Positions 50,438 to 58,430 of a stretch of 64,000 nt of DNA are shown here, in pieces. Every line of letters starts with the position of its first letter. Within the stretch, counting starts at the first letter, position 1. The stretch is from a virus (taxonomy: Duplodnaviria; Caudoviricetes). The DNA lies in the IMG/VR virus record IMGVR_UViG_3300027747_002427. One strand, given 5' to 3'. The position numbers were made by a program, and so were the translations under genes. The notes below the pieces were generated by a model. The model was given only the letters and a program-made list of their open reading frames with translations. It did no database searches and was not told where the DNA came from.

Positions 50438-50617
50438 ATGAAAAATAACAACACCACAGTAGACGAGTATTACGAGAACGTGATGAAGGCCGCTAAGACC
50501 CTGGAGGAGTACTATGAGAAGATGGCTAACTTCACTCCAGTTCCCGAGAACAAGAAGACCTATCAGATGTTTAGGAGGGAGATGAGGGATCTTTGGAAGA
50601 CCCACGCTGCCTATTAA
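50438..50617 (+). CDS. Early hypothetical protein, 59 aa MKNNN... (not in track)
   Basis: Cassette promoter; translated by hand to TAA at 50615-50617. Confidence 0.7.
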   Translation: MKNNNTTVDEYYENVMKAAKTLEEYYEKMANFTPVPENKKTYQMFRREMRDLWKTHAAY

Positions 50618-50656
50618 GATCTTGAGTTTTCCCACAATAACCTATATACTAAGAGT

Positions 50657-50896
50657 ATGAAAAATAAAAACAAGTACCCCATCAACGGATCGATCATGGA
50701 AGGCGTTAGTGTTCGCACAGGCGTCCATCAATATGATGATAAGAATAGAACGGTAGTAGAATTGACCTTCCAGGGCTATAATAGCTCCTATGTCCAGGTC
50801 ATAGATATTAACACCGCGGCGAGCCTTATTAAACAGCTTAGGGAGCAAGGTATTGCCCAGGCTGAGTATATTACAGCCGCCGAGGTATTCGCTTGA
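50657..50896 (+). CDS. Early hypothetical protein MKNKN...
   Basis: Cassette promoter TTGAGT-17-TATACT. Confidence 0.75.
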   Translation: MKNKNKYPINGSIMEGVSVRTGVHQYDDKNRTVVELTFQGYNSSYVQVIDINTAASLIKQLREQGIAQAEYITAAEVFA

Positions 50897-50927
50897 TCTT
50901 TCCCCCTAAAACCTATATACTAATAGT

Positions 50928-51176
50928 ATGAAAAATAAAGAATACACCATCAATACAGATCCCAAGGGCCTCGACTACATCATTGGTAACTACCATATGT
51001 ATCGAAGCGATGTCTACGATGCCTTGGAGAAGCTTCAGCAATACCTAGATGATTCTCACGTTAAAGCCGTTCTAGAGAGCGAGGATCCTGAGATTCAAGA
51101 GCGTTTGAGTGAGGAGTGCCTCCATCTTGACTTCACTACCTTTCTAGAGGATCTCAAAGGAGCCATGGGATACTAA
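50928..51176 (+). CDS. Early hypothetical protein MKNKE...
   Basis: Cassette promoter TTGATC-17-TATACT. Confidence 0.75.
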   Translation: MKNKEYTINTDPKGLDYIIGNYHMYRSDVYDALEKLQQYLDDSHVKAVLESEDPEIQERLSEECLHLDFTTFLEDLKGAMGY

Positions 51177-51184
51177 ATAGATAT

Positions 51185-51298
51185 ATGATCGAAGATACTA
51201 CCAAGCATCCGACTGGTGAGTTACCCCCTACTCCGGAGCCTCCTAAGTTCCCAGAGCCTGTGATAGCTCCCCCAGTACCTGCACCTACAAACGAATAA
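51185..51298 (+). CDS. 37-aa proline-rich peptide (not in track)
   Basis: MIEDTTKHPTGELPPTPEPPKFPEPVIAPPVPAPTNE; TAAATA ends 5 nt upstream. Confidence 0.4.
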   Translation: MIEDTTKHPTGELPPTPEPPKFPEPVIAPPVPAPTNE

Positions 51299-51351
51299 CC
51301 CTATCACATTTGGTTCTTGAGTTTTCCCACTAAACCCTTTATACTTAAAGT

Positions 51352-51537
51352 ATGAAAAATAAGAACACCGTAAAGGATATCGTCACCCACCTGGAGTCCA
51401 CGGGCAAGTCCCCGGACTACATCATCGGAACCCTGATGGCCATGCTCGATGGTCTCACCTATGAGTATAGTGGGACCGCGCAGCAGACCATCGATAGTTA
51501 CATCAACCACCACCTCAACCCCAATACCAACGCCTAA
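51352..51537 (+). CDS. Early hypothetical protein MKNKN... (KSPDYII motif)
   Basis: Cassette promoter. Confidence 0.75.
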   Translation: MKNKNTVKDIVTHLESTGKSPDYIIGTLMAMLDGLTYEYSGTAQQTIDSYINHHLNPNTNA

Positions 51538-51538
51538 T

Positions 51539-51877
51539 ATGGGAGCCTACATCTACCGCCTCAAGGGCAGCAAGGCCTTCACTCTGATGAAGATTGATGG
51601 CCAGATCCAGCGAGTCTATGACTACGTCTATTGGTACAAGCCTTACTATACCGGCATGTTCGAGAGTGAGCCTAAGTGGATGAAGCCTGTTCGAATGCTT
51701 GATACTCGCCTCCGTAACGCGTTTGCAAAGGTTGAGCCTGTTAAGTGGGTTCGCCACGTCAATGATATGGGAGAGAAAGATGACTACATTATGGAGTGGC
51801 CTGGCGGTATTAGCATTAGCGATTACAACGAGCGCTATCAGAATGCTCGTAGGATCCCAGTAAGCGATTTGGCTTGA
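51539..51877 (+). CDS. Early hypothetical protein MGAYIY...
   Basis: TAA-T-ATG coupling; the track start 51449 is an upstream extension. Confidence 0.7.
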   Translation: MGAYIYRLKGSKAFTLMKIDGQIQRVYDYVYWYKPYYTGMFESEPKWMKPVRMLDTRLRNAFAKVEPVKWVRHVNDMGEKDDYIMEWPGGISISDYNERYQNARRIPVSDLA

Positions 51878-51908
51878 GATTTCCCCCTAAACCCATTATA
51901 CTAATAGT

Positions 51909-52109
51909 ATGAAAAATAAAGACCACGACGAGATCATCACCACCCACAACCACCGCCTCATCCGCCTTGACGCCCAGAAGAAGTTCGTCGAGCAGATGAT
52001 TAAGGACCTTCAGGTGCAATATACTACCCTCAGCGATGACTGGGACGAGACCTGGAGGAGCCGGCAGTATTACATTAACAGAGAAGAAGAGAGTGCCGTT
52101 ACCACCTAA
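51909..52109 (+). CDS. Early hypothetical protein MKNKD...
   Basis: Cassette promoter. Confidence 0.75.
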   Translation: MKNKDHDEIITTHNHRLIRLDAQKKFVEQMIKDLQVQYTTLSDDWDETWRSRQYYINREEESAVTT

Positions 52110-52128
52110 ACCCTAGATAATAATATAT

Positions 52129-52572
52129 ATGAATAAGAAAGCCACCTCACCGCTCCTAGAGCTCACCGCCACCTCCTCCTATAATAGCCTCCAGAAGGCC
52201 GTAGAAGGCCGTTGTAAAGACCGTAGTCGCGAAGGCAATGTAGGTCTTACCTTCTCTATCTTTGAGACAAATAAGACCTTGGATAAGGGTCTGGATAGTG
52301 GAGACTGGATTGTCAATCACCCAGATATCTTTGATGAGGGCGCCGTATTCGAAGGTAAGTGCGTCTTCTATAGCGATTACTGGAGGATCTCTGATAAAGA
52401 GGTCTACAGCGAAGTAATGGAACACCCAAGCTGGAGGGAGATCATTAGCGAATGTAATCGCCAGTTGATTGATCAAGAGGATGGTAGCACCGCTTGCCTC
52501 TTCCTCGAGGGCTTTACCGAGATGGAACCTAAAGACGGAGTCCGAGTCTTCGAGATCGATTGGGGTTCTTAG
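52129..52572 (+). CDS. Early hypothetical acidic protein
   Basis: Variant cassette (GATAAT-7-ATG). Confidence 0.7.
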   Translation: MNKKATSPLLELTATSSYNSLQKAVEGRCKDRSREGNVGLTFSIFETNKTLDKGLDSGDWIVNHPDIFDEGAVFEGKCVFYSDYWRISDKEVYSEVMEHPSWREIISECNRQLIDQEDGSTACLFLEGFTEMEPKDGVRVFEIDWGS

Positions 52573-52610
52573 AGGTTGACCTTTCCCCCTAAATCCTTTA
52601 TACTAAGAGT

Positions 52611-52850
52611 ATGAAAAATAAAGCATATCAGTTCTCCATCATGTCGGAAGAAGAACGCTCTATACATCTCTTTTATACCATTGAAGGTATGGTAGAGACC
52701 TTAGAGCTGATTGGTAAGCAGCTTGATACAGAAGCTCTTAATGGAGCCTCTCGCCTCGCTAAGCTTGCAGATATTAACGAAGAGATCGAATTACTCTTCT
52801 TGAGAGTTCACAAAGACTACCACGCAAACAAAACCAAGGAAGCCATCTAA
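52611..52850 (+). CDS. Early hypothetical protein MKNKA...
   Basis: Cassette promoter TTGACC-17-TATACT. Confidence 0.75.
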   Translation: MKNKAYQFSIMSEEERSIHLFYTIEGMVETLELIGKQLDTEALNGASRLAKLADINEEIELLFLRVHKDYHANKTKEAI

Positions 52851-52851
52851 T

Positions 52852-53043
52852 ATGACCTATAGGAAACTAATCGCCCATCTCCAAGAGAAATACGCAGAGC
52901 ATCTGGATGATCCTGTAAAGCTCGAGTCTATGCACGATAACGCGATTTATCACGTGTTTAGCGCGCGTACAGCGCATAAAGATGTGCCTTATGACGACAT
53001 CAAAGAGGATGATCTCATTCTACTAATCGAATATCCACACTAA
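52852..53043 (+). CDS. Early hypothetical protein
   Basis: TAA-T-ATG coupling. Confidence 0.6.
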   Translation: MTYRKLIAHLQEKYAEHLDDPVKLESMHDNAIYHVFSARTAHKDVPYDDIKEDDLILLIEYPH

Positions 53044-53085
53044 TTGGGGGTTGACTTTTCCCCGGTAATCCGTTATACTAATAGT

Positions 53086-53757
53086 ATGAAAAATAAGAAC
53101 AAGCAAAAGAAGATTTCCAGGAAACAAGCCATCGCTGATTCCCGGGTACCAGTAAAGGTTTCCCGGAAACGTATTCCCAAGAACGAGCGTATCAACAAGG
53201 CAGACCAGTTTGAATACCTAGGAATTGATACCTGGGTAAAGACTTTCCAGGGAACTAAGAAGTTCCCACATAATAAGATTACCTGTTCTGAATGCCGGCA
53301 TAATACGGTTTCCATGTTTGGTAACCAGCTAGCGAATTACCTGGCAAAGTATAACGGGGATACCCGGAAACTCCTTACCGAGTTCAAGTGTCGCGTATGT
53401 CGTTCCCTGGACAAAGAGGCTATCAAGTTGAAGGAGCCTAAAGAGCCTAAGGTAAAGGTAGAAAAGGAAAAGGTATTCCTTTCCCCGGAAGAGTGGGAAG
53501 CTCGTAAGGAGGAGGTTCGTAAGACCCTTCCTAAGATGGATCCTAACTACCAAACCCAGGAAATCGATTTGGTTAAGGACAAGGAGACGTGTTCCCAGGT
53601 AACAGCCATGGCATGCTGGCGCCCAGACATCTTCCTCAATCTCGGATGCGCCGAGTGTGTTCTACAGAAGAATTGTGCTTGTCCAATTAAGGATATCAAT
53701 CGTATTCCAGACAATCGCCCAAGGAAATTCAAGAGGGCAGTAACGAAAGCCGCTTGA
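53086..53757 (+). CDS. Early basic Cys-rich (probable Zn-binding) protein MKNKN...
   Basis: CSEC...CRVC and C-x-C...CAEC...CAC clusters; promoter TTGACT(53051)-17-TATACT. Confidence 0.7.
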   Translation: MKNKNKQKKISRKQAIADSRVPVKVSRKRIPKNERINKADQFEYLGIDTWVKTFQGTKKFPHNKITCSECRHNTVSMFGNQLANYLAKYNGDTRKLLTEFKCRVCRSLDKEAIKLKEPKEPKVKVEKEKVFLSPEEWEARKEEVRKTLPKMDPNYQTQEIDLVKDKETCSQVTAMACWRPDIFLNLGCAECVLQKNCACPIKDINRIPDNRPRKFKRAVTKAA

Positions 53758-53787
53758 TAAACGTTTAACCTATAGTATTATTTTAAT

Positions 53788-54021
53788 ATGCACGTATGGC
53801 AATCAAAGAGAGTTTTAAAGACAGGACCTATCTACCAAGTACCTACTTGGGTAAAGAACCGACCGAAGGCAATAGCTACAGCGGACTGGGAGCAGATGGT
53901 AAAGGACTTCAAGTTCAACAAGCTTATTGTACTAGATAAGGTTCCTAAGACTAGTAAGAAAAAGAATTTCGCAACAAACGAAAGAAAGGAAAACAACAAC
54001 AATGACAAAAACAATCGCTAA
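53788..54021 (+). CDS. Early hypothetical protein
   Basis: TTGATA-16-TATTAT-6-ATG. Confidence 0.55.
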   Translation: MHVWQSKRVLKTGPIYQVPTWVKNRPKAIATADWEQMVKDFKFNKLIVLDKVPKTSKKKNFATNERKENNNNDKNNR

Positions 54022-54238
54022 TACGATCGTTCGCAATATCAGTGATCTCACTGGCCGCACTGTCTCCAGCCGTACAGGCAAGGCAGCAAAGCTTGAGCTG
54101 ATCTCTGAGAGCATCAATGAGAGTCGCTATGAGATTCTCGGTCTCGTTGGACGCAGTAATAACGTCATGCTTCGCCCACGTTTTCACAACGTGCGTAACA
54201 AGCAGGGCCGCTTCACTGCTCGCCGCCGCAGCCGCTAA
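54002..54238 (+). CDS. Early basic hypothetical protein (ends RNKQGRFTARRRSR)
   Basis: 78-aa ORF with GC-shifted codons. Confidence 0.6.
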   Translation: MTKTIANTIVRNISDLTGRTVSSRTGKAAKLELISESINESRYEILGLVGRSNNVMLRPRFHNVRNKQGRFTARRRSR

Positions 54239-54243
54239 AGATT

Positions 54244-54320
54244 AAGGGTCTAGTGAATAGATTGCAGGGAGAGCCTGCTCGGGAAGTTTTTATTCCTCAT
54301 TGAACACACTAGACCTTTTT
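54244..54320 (+). terminator. Branched terminator-like RNA element
   Basis: GGTCTAGTG/CACTAGACC outer stem enclosing GCAGG/CCTGC and GGGAA/TTCCT hairpins, followed by a T-tract. Confidence 0.55.
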
Positions 54321-54368
54321 CTTTCTTTTTAGATTGACATTTCCCCCTTAATCCTTTATTATATATAC

Positions 54369-54620
54369 ATGATTGATTCAAACCTGTATCGCAAAATTGA
54401 AATGGCCGGCGAAGCACTTCTCGCTGATTACAAGCTAACCTATCCTGATATGAGTGATAGTCAGATCCGTACAGATCTTCTTCTTAATCACGGATCGAAG
54501 GTTATACACATGAGTGTAGATAATGATCTCCTAGAAGGAATCATTGATAGCGATCGTCAAGACGATCCAGAGTACAAGGCTCTCCTTCTTATAGCTGGAG
54601 TATACTTCGTAACCCTCTAA
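54369..54620 (+). CDS. Early hypothetical protein
   Basis: TTGACA-17-TATTAT-6-ATG. Confidence 0.7.
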   Translation: MIDSNLYRKIEMAGEALLADYKLTYPDMSDSQIRTDLLLNHGSKVIHMSVDNDLLEGIIDSDRQDDPEYKALLLIAGVYFVTL

Positions 54621-54628
54621 CCCTTTAT

Positions 54629-54704
54629 GCCTGTGTAGTCCAACGGCAGAGACAAGCGACTTAAAATCGCTCCAGTATCGGTTCGAATCCGATCACAGGT
54701 ACCA
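54629..54704 (+). tRNA. trnL: tRNA-Leu(UAA), short variable loop, CCA encoded
   Basis: GCCTGTG/CACAGGT acceptor, AGCGA-CTTAAAA-TCGCT anticodon arm, ATCGG-TTCGAAT-CCGAT T arm; 76 nt. Confidence 0.9.
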
Positions 54705-54748
54705 CTTTAAGATTGACCTTTCCCACCAATTGCTATAATATATAAACA

Positions 54749-54892
54749 ATGAAACACCTCCTACACCTCTTAGGGTTTACTCAACGTAAGCCTTCACTCC
54801 TCCTCATGCATATGTGTGACGTCACTCACGGCACCTGGCTTCAGGATCTTTATCGTACCAATCGTCTTAGCGACTACAACGTAAAGAAGTAA
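54749..54892 (+). CDS. Early hypothetical 47-aa protein (not in track)
   Basis: TTGACC promoter at 54713; translated by hand. Confidence 0.5.
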   Translation: MKHLLHLLGFTQRKPSLLLMHMCDVTHGTWLQDLYRTNRLSDYNVKK

Positions 54893-54893
54893 C

Positions 54894-55115
54894 ATGATCT
54901 GGCCTAAAGACCCTCCAGTGACTCGTTCCGAATTCCGCCGAGCTTTGAATCTTCATTGTCATAATAAGCTTGGAGTCAGCTTCAGTGACCTTCCAGACAT
55001 TATCAATATCGATGACGTATGGTGGGAGGGACAGACCATTGGAGAAGCTCTCACTATGATTAACAGTTGTATTGAAGACTTTAAAGAAGAAATGGGTGTT
55101 GCACTTTCCCACTAA
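54894..55115 (+). CDS. Early hypothetical protein
   Basis: 73-aa ORF coupled to the previous stop. Confidence 0.6.
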   Translation: MIWPKDPPVTRSEFRRALNLHCHNKLGVSFSDLPDIINIDDVWWEGQTIGEALTMINSCIEDFKEEMGVALSH

Positions 55116-55136
55116 CAGGAGTATAATAATAATAAT

Positions 55137-55304
55137 ATGATCATCGAATTCTCACCTGGCAAGTTACCAAAGAGTAAAGAAGCTTTGAAGGATATTATCC
55201 TCGAAGCAGTCAAGAAGTCTTCAACGAACCCTGATGCCGTTAATGCCGGCCGACAGCCTCAGGACAATAATACAAAGGCCGGCGTTACTCAATATGCAAA
55301 CTAA
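55137..55304 (+). CDS. Early hypothetical 55-aa protein (not in track)
   Basis: TTGCAC-17-TATAAT-9-ATG. Confidence 0.5.
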   Translation: MIIEFSPGKLPKSKEALKDIILEAVKKSSTNPDAVNAGRQPQDNNTKAGVTQYAN

Positions 55305-55512
55305 AGTCACACTCACGGATCTAATTCGTAATATCTTGACCGCAGAGCAGGAGTTGTCCGTAAAGGATATCCTTACTAAAGTACAAGAGACTATTGCAGG
55401 CGAGCAGCTGACCATCAAGGCCGATTACCGTAAGGTTTATCGTCACCTTCGTACGTGCGCCACTAAGACGGCACGCGGTCAGTTCTCCCTCACCGAGACC
55501 TCTGCCTCCTAA
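55294..55512 (+). CDS. Small winged-HTH-like protein
   Basis: LIRNIL...LSVKDILTKV...VYRHL...RGQFSL pattern; ATG 55294 is preferred to the track start 55234. Confidence 0.5.
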   Translation: MQTKVTLTDLIRNILTAEQELSVKDILTKVQETIAGEQLTIKADYRKVYRHLRTCATKTARGQFSLTETSAS

Positions 55513-55536
55513 AGGTAAGTCTCGGCAACCATCAAC

Positions 55537-55627
55537 ACTGGGTTAATGTAATTGGAAGCATCGCACAGCTTATATCTGTGAATCCCTAGATGAGGGACGA
55601 GCATCGGTTCGATTCCGATACCCAGTA
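55537..55627 (+). tRNA. Atypical tRNA with UAU (Ile) anticodon and 22-nt variable region containing a hairpin
   Basis: ACTGGGT/ACCCAGT acceptor plus A73, ATGT/GCAT D stem with GG, CACAG-CTTATAT-CTGTG anticodon arm, TCCCT/AGGGA extra stem, ATCGG-TTCGATT-CCGAT T arm. Confidence 0.75.
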
Positions 55628-55633
55628 CTTTTT

Positions 55634-55810
55634 ATGACAGACACCAACACAACATCGAAAGAAGCAAAAGTATTCGCACTCTGCCAGGACCTGGAAGATA
55701 TGCGAGATCGTAAGAAGGCATCTAGCAAAGCCTTTAGCGATGAGATCAAGCGTATTCAAGCGGAGATCAAGGATCTTATAGATCCTTCCGAGCCTGAAGA
55801 AGCTCCATAG
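55634..55810 (+). CDS. 58-aa coiled-coil protein between tRNAs (not in track)
   Basis: MTDTNTTSKEAKVFALCQDLEDMRDRKK...; translated by hand. Confidence 0.55.
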   Translation: MTDTNTTSKEAKVFALCQDLEDMRDRKKASSKAFSDEIKRIQAEIKDLIDPSEPEEAP

Positions 55811-55816
55811 TATTAC

Positions 55817-55889
55817 GCCCTTGTAGCTCAATGGTCAGAGCAGTCGGCTCATAACTGATTGGTTGGGGGTTCGAATCCCTCCGGGGGCA
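55817..55889 (+). tRNA. tRNA with CAU anticodon (elongator Met or Ile2)
   Basis: GCCCTTG/CGGGGGC acceptor (G1-C72, so not initiator), GTCGG-CTCATAA-CTGAT anticodon arm; CCA not encoded. Confidence 0.9.
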
Positions 55890-55895
55890 CTCTAT

Positions 55896-55971
55896 GCATC
55901 GGTAGCTCAGTGGATAGAGCAGGGGTTTTCTAAACCCTTGGTCGCAGGTTCGATCCCTGCCCGATGTACCA
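55896..55971 (+). tRNA. trnR: tRNA-Arg(UCU), CCA encoded
   Basis: GCATCGG/CCGATGT acceptor, GGGGT-TTTCTAA-ACCCT anticodon arm. Confidence 0.92.
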
Positions 55972-55974
55972 TTT

Positions 55975-56046
55975 GGAATCGTAGCTCAATGGTAGAGCAG
56001 TAGACTTTTAATCTATTGGTTATGGGTTCGAGTCCCATCGATTCCA
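55975..56046 (+). tRNA. trnK: tRNA-Lys(UUU)
   Basis: GGAATCG/CGATTCC acceptor, GTAGA-CTTTTAA-TCTAT anticodon arm; CCA not encoded. Confidence 0.92.
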
Positions 56047-56127
56047 CTTTAATACAACAGCATGATATAATAGCGCCGGCCTCTCTATTATCGTGAATTT
56101 TCCCACTAAATGATTGATACTAATAGT

Positions 56128-56298
56128 ATGAAAAATAACAACAGTGCAGTTGCAGCAGAGATCGAAGCGCTCCACCAGGAGATCGCTACCCTCAAGGCCC
56201 AGATCAAAGATCTGGTTAACGTCACCAACAACAACAAAGAGGTCCTCTTCGATCTTCTCGAAGTCCTCAAGAACCCAGCCTCAGCATACCTCGTCTAA
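56128..56298 (+). CDS. Early coiled-coil protein MKNNN...
   Basis: GTGAAT-17-GATACT-6-ATG. Confidence 0.7.
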   Translation: MKNNNSAVAAEIEALHQEIATLKAQIKDLVNVTNNNKEVLFDLLEVLKNPASAYLV

Positions 56299-56302
56299 TA
56301 AT

Positions 56303-56671
56303 ATGGCAACACGTTCCCAAGTTAAGTTCTCCGATCGCGGAGTAGTCGCAGCTAATATCTATGTCCACTATGATGGATACCCAGAAGGTGAAGCTGGTCG
56401 TCTCAATCAGCTTCAGCGCTTCTTTAAGTGTGTGAAGGAGAATTGCAGAGACACTCGCTTTCATGATGCAGAGTATCTTGCAGCCAAGTACATCGTTTGG
56501 TATGCTACAGAGTATTGTAAGGATGAGGAGAATCCCAAGCATGCTCTAGACTTCTCAGGCATTGGAATCTGTCTCGAGGACCATGGTGACATTGAGTACA
56601 CCTACCTGGTTGATTGTGACCATCACGATCCAGAGACTGGGTTCCCTACCGTCGATGTTAGGAAGCGGTAA
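56303..56671 (+). CDS. Conserved phage protein MATRS...IYVHYDGYP
   Basis: Recognisable N-terminal and HxDGYP motif; ATG 56303 just after the previous stop. Confidence 0.7.
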   Translation: MATRSQVKFSDRGVVAANIYVHYDGYPEGEAGRLNQLQRFFKCVKENCRDTRFHDAEYLAAKYIVWYATEYCKDEENPKHALDFSGIGICLEDHGDIEYTYLVDCDHHDPETGFPTVDVRKR

Positions 56672-56738
56672 CATTTGAGGTGGTAAGGGGGGAAAGATTG
56701 TGGTGGTCTTTCCCCCCAAATCTCTTTATACTAAGAGT

Positions 56739-56891
56739 ATGAAAAATAAGAACACCGTCAAAGCCACCACAGTCATCAAGAACATCCGCCGCATGATCAG
56801 CCAGCCGGCCATGCAGGGACCGAAGCACCAGGCCTGGAGGGAGTCCTGGTTGCACGTCATCAAAGGTCTTGAGAGGGGCGAATCGATTTGA
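56739..56891 (+). CDS. Early hypothetical protein MKNKN...
   Basis: Cassette promoter. Confidence 0.7.
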   Translation: MKNKNTVKATTVIKNIRRMISQPAMQGPKHQAWRESWLHVIKGLERGESI

Positions 56892-56922
56892 TTTTCCCCC
56901 ATAAATCCTAGATAATAAATGT

Positions 56923-57147
56923 ATGAAAAATAAGAACACATTCGAAGAGATCATGAACGAGTACAAGGCCCTGGACCAGATGTTCAAGCAGATGGTCCGC
57001 AACACCGCGGTGATGGAGCTCAAGGAGTGGGGCGTCGAGGAGATCGGAAGCTCGGACGTGAACTGCCAGATCGTCGACCTCTACAACAGCTACGGCGGAT
57101 TCGACGAGATTGTCCGACATGGGTTGGACCTTGTCCGTAGCCGATAA
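56923..57147 (+). CDS. Early hypothetical protein MKNKN...
   Basis: TTGATT-17-GATAAT-6-ATG. Confidence 0.75.
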   Translation: MKNKNTFEEIMNEYKALDQMFKQMVRNTAVMELKEWGVEEIGSSDVNCQIVDLYNSYGGFDEIVRHGLDLVRSR

Positions 57148-57185
57148 GGATTGAAATTCCCACCTAAACCTCATATAATAATAGT

Positions 57186-57506
57186 ATGAAAATTAAGAAT
57201 GCACGTATGCAGTGGAGCAATGAAAAGCGTACCACGAAGTCCGTCCTCTACTTCTTCCCGGTTGGAGAGACCATCATAGACAACCTCGCTATGCGCCGTA
57301 AACGCCCTATAAAAGAGTTTCGCGCACTTATACCTGAAGTATGCGCAGCAGTAGGTCTCAATATGGCAGACCATAAGTTCAGCTGGAGCCAGAAGGCAGG
57401 TTGCTCTTGCGGTTGCTCGCCTGGCTTCGTAGTAAAGCATCTCTATAGTAAGCAGATCTTCTGCGATGTTACCATGGACAATGACTTCGAGGGTCTTGGC
57501 CTTTAA
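57186..57506 (+). CDS. Early protein with WSQKAGCSCGCSPGF motif
   Basis: TTGAAA-17-TATAAT-6-ATG. Confidence 0.75.
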   Translation: MKIKNARMQWSNEKRTTKSVLYFFPVGETIIDNLAMRRKRPIKEFRALIPEVCAAVGLNMADHKFSWSQKAGCSCGCSPGFVVKHLYSKQIFCDVTMDNDFEGLGL

Positions 57507-57543
57507 GATTGTCTTTCCCACCTAAACCCAATATAATAATAGT

Positions 57544-57816
57544 ATGAAAATTAAACAATACGTTATAGACCTCCTCACGTTCGGCTTCGTTGCTCTGGCC
57601 TTCAGTGCAGCAAGCGCCGGCCTCACCGCTGCCTACTATCAGCACCTCGCCGTGGTTCACAATGCCGCAACGTACGAGGCAAGCAGCTGGGGTAATGTAA
57701 GCTTCCACTGGAACGATGTTAGCTACGCGCAAGCACCCTTCCAAGACCCAGCGGAGACCCAGAAGAAAATGGATGACGCCTTCGCTAAAGAACTCAAAGC
57801 CAAAGGCATCAAGTAA
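57544..57816 (+). CDS. Early membrane-anchored or secreted protein MKIKQ...
   Basis: Hydrophobic N-terminal helix; cassette promoter. Confidence 0.7.
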   Translation: MKIKQYVIDLLTFGFVALAFSAASAGLTAAYYQHLAVVHNAATYEASSWGNVSFHWNDVSYAQAPFQDPAETQKKMDDAFAKELKAKGIK

Positions 57817-57835
57817 CACCTAACACCTACCTAAT

Positions 57836-58060
57836 ATGAAAATCACAGCTTCCACTAAAGAGAAACTTAAGCACGTGTCCTATGTAGTCGAGGACGTACC
57901 TAACTTCGGAACAGCCATTTACACTGATGTGTACAACGAGAATGATAGGATAGTCGATAGCTTCATTCGTACCGAAGACGGATACGCAATCGAAGCACCG
58001 GCTCTCTTCGAGACCATTCAGGACTTTGTATGCAGCAATAGTGTTGAGGTTTCTCCCTAA
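57836..58060 (+). CDS. Early hypothetical protein
   Basis: CCTAATATG start; 74 aa. Confidence 0.65.
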   Translation: MKITASTKEKLKHVSYVVEDVPNFGTAIYTDVYNENDRIVDSFIRTEDGYAIEAPALFETIQDFVCSNSVEVSP

Positions 58061-58078
58061 ATGCTTTATACTAAGAGT

Positions 58079-58399
58079 ATGAAAAATAAGAACACCACAC
58101 TGACCGAGCTCGAAACCCAAATCCTCACCCTCCTGTTCAAGGACGCCGAGGGCAACGGCCACGACTTCGGCATCATCGAGAACCTCAGCGACTACGAAGG
58201 CGTCGACATGAAGGTCGCGCGCGGAGTCCTCAGCTCCCTGGTCCAGAAAGACATCATCACCATCCACGAGTATCGCTTCGAGATGGGAATGGAACAGGGC
58301 TGCACCCAGTTCACCTGGAACCACGTTCCCGCCGATATCTACCCAGAGAGCATCACCCACGTACTCCCAGAGAATGTAACCCTGGGAGTTGCAGCTTGA
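58079..58399 (+). CDS. Early winged-helix-like protein MKNKN...
   Basis: LTELETQIL...VARGVLSSLVQKDIITI pattern; TTGAGG-17-TATACT-6-ATG. Confidence 0.65.
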   Translation: MKNKNTTLTELETQILTLLFKDAEGNGHDFGIIENLSDYEGVDMKVARGVLSSLVQKDIITIHEYRFEMGMEQGCTQFTWNHVPADIYPESITHVLPENVTLGVAA

Positions 58400-58430
58400 G
58401 ATTCCCACCTAAACATAATATAATAATAGT

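Noticed and set aside
55817-55889. Initiator tRNA-fMet
   Set aside because: It has a G1-C72 pair and lacks the three consecutive G-C pairs in the anticodon stem.
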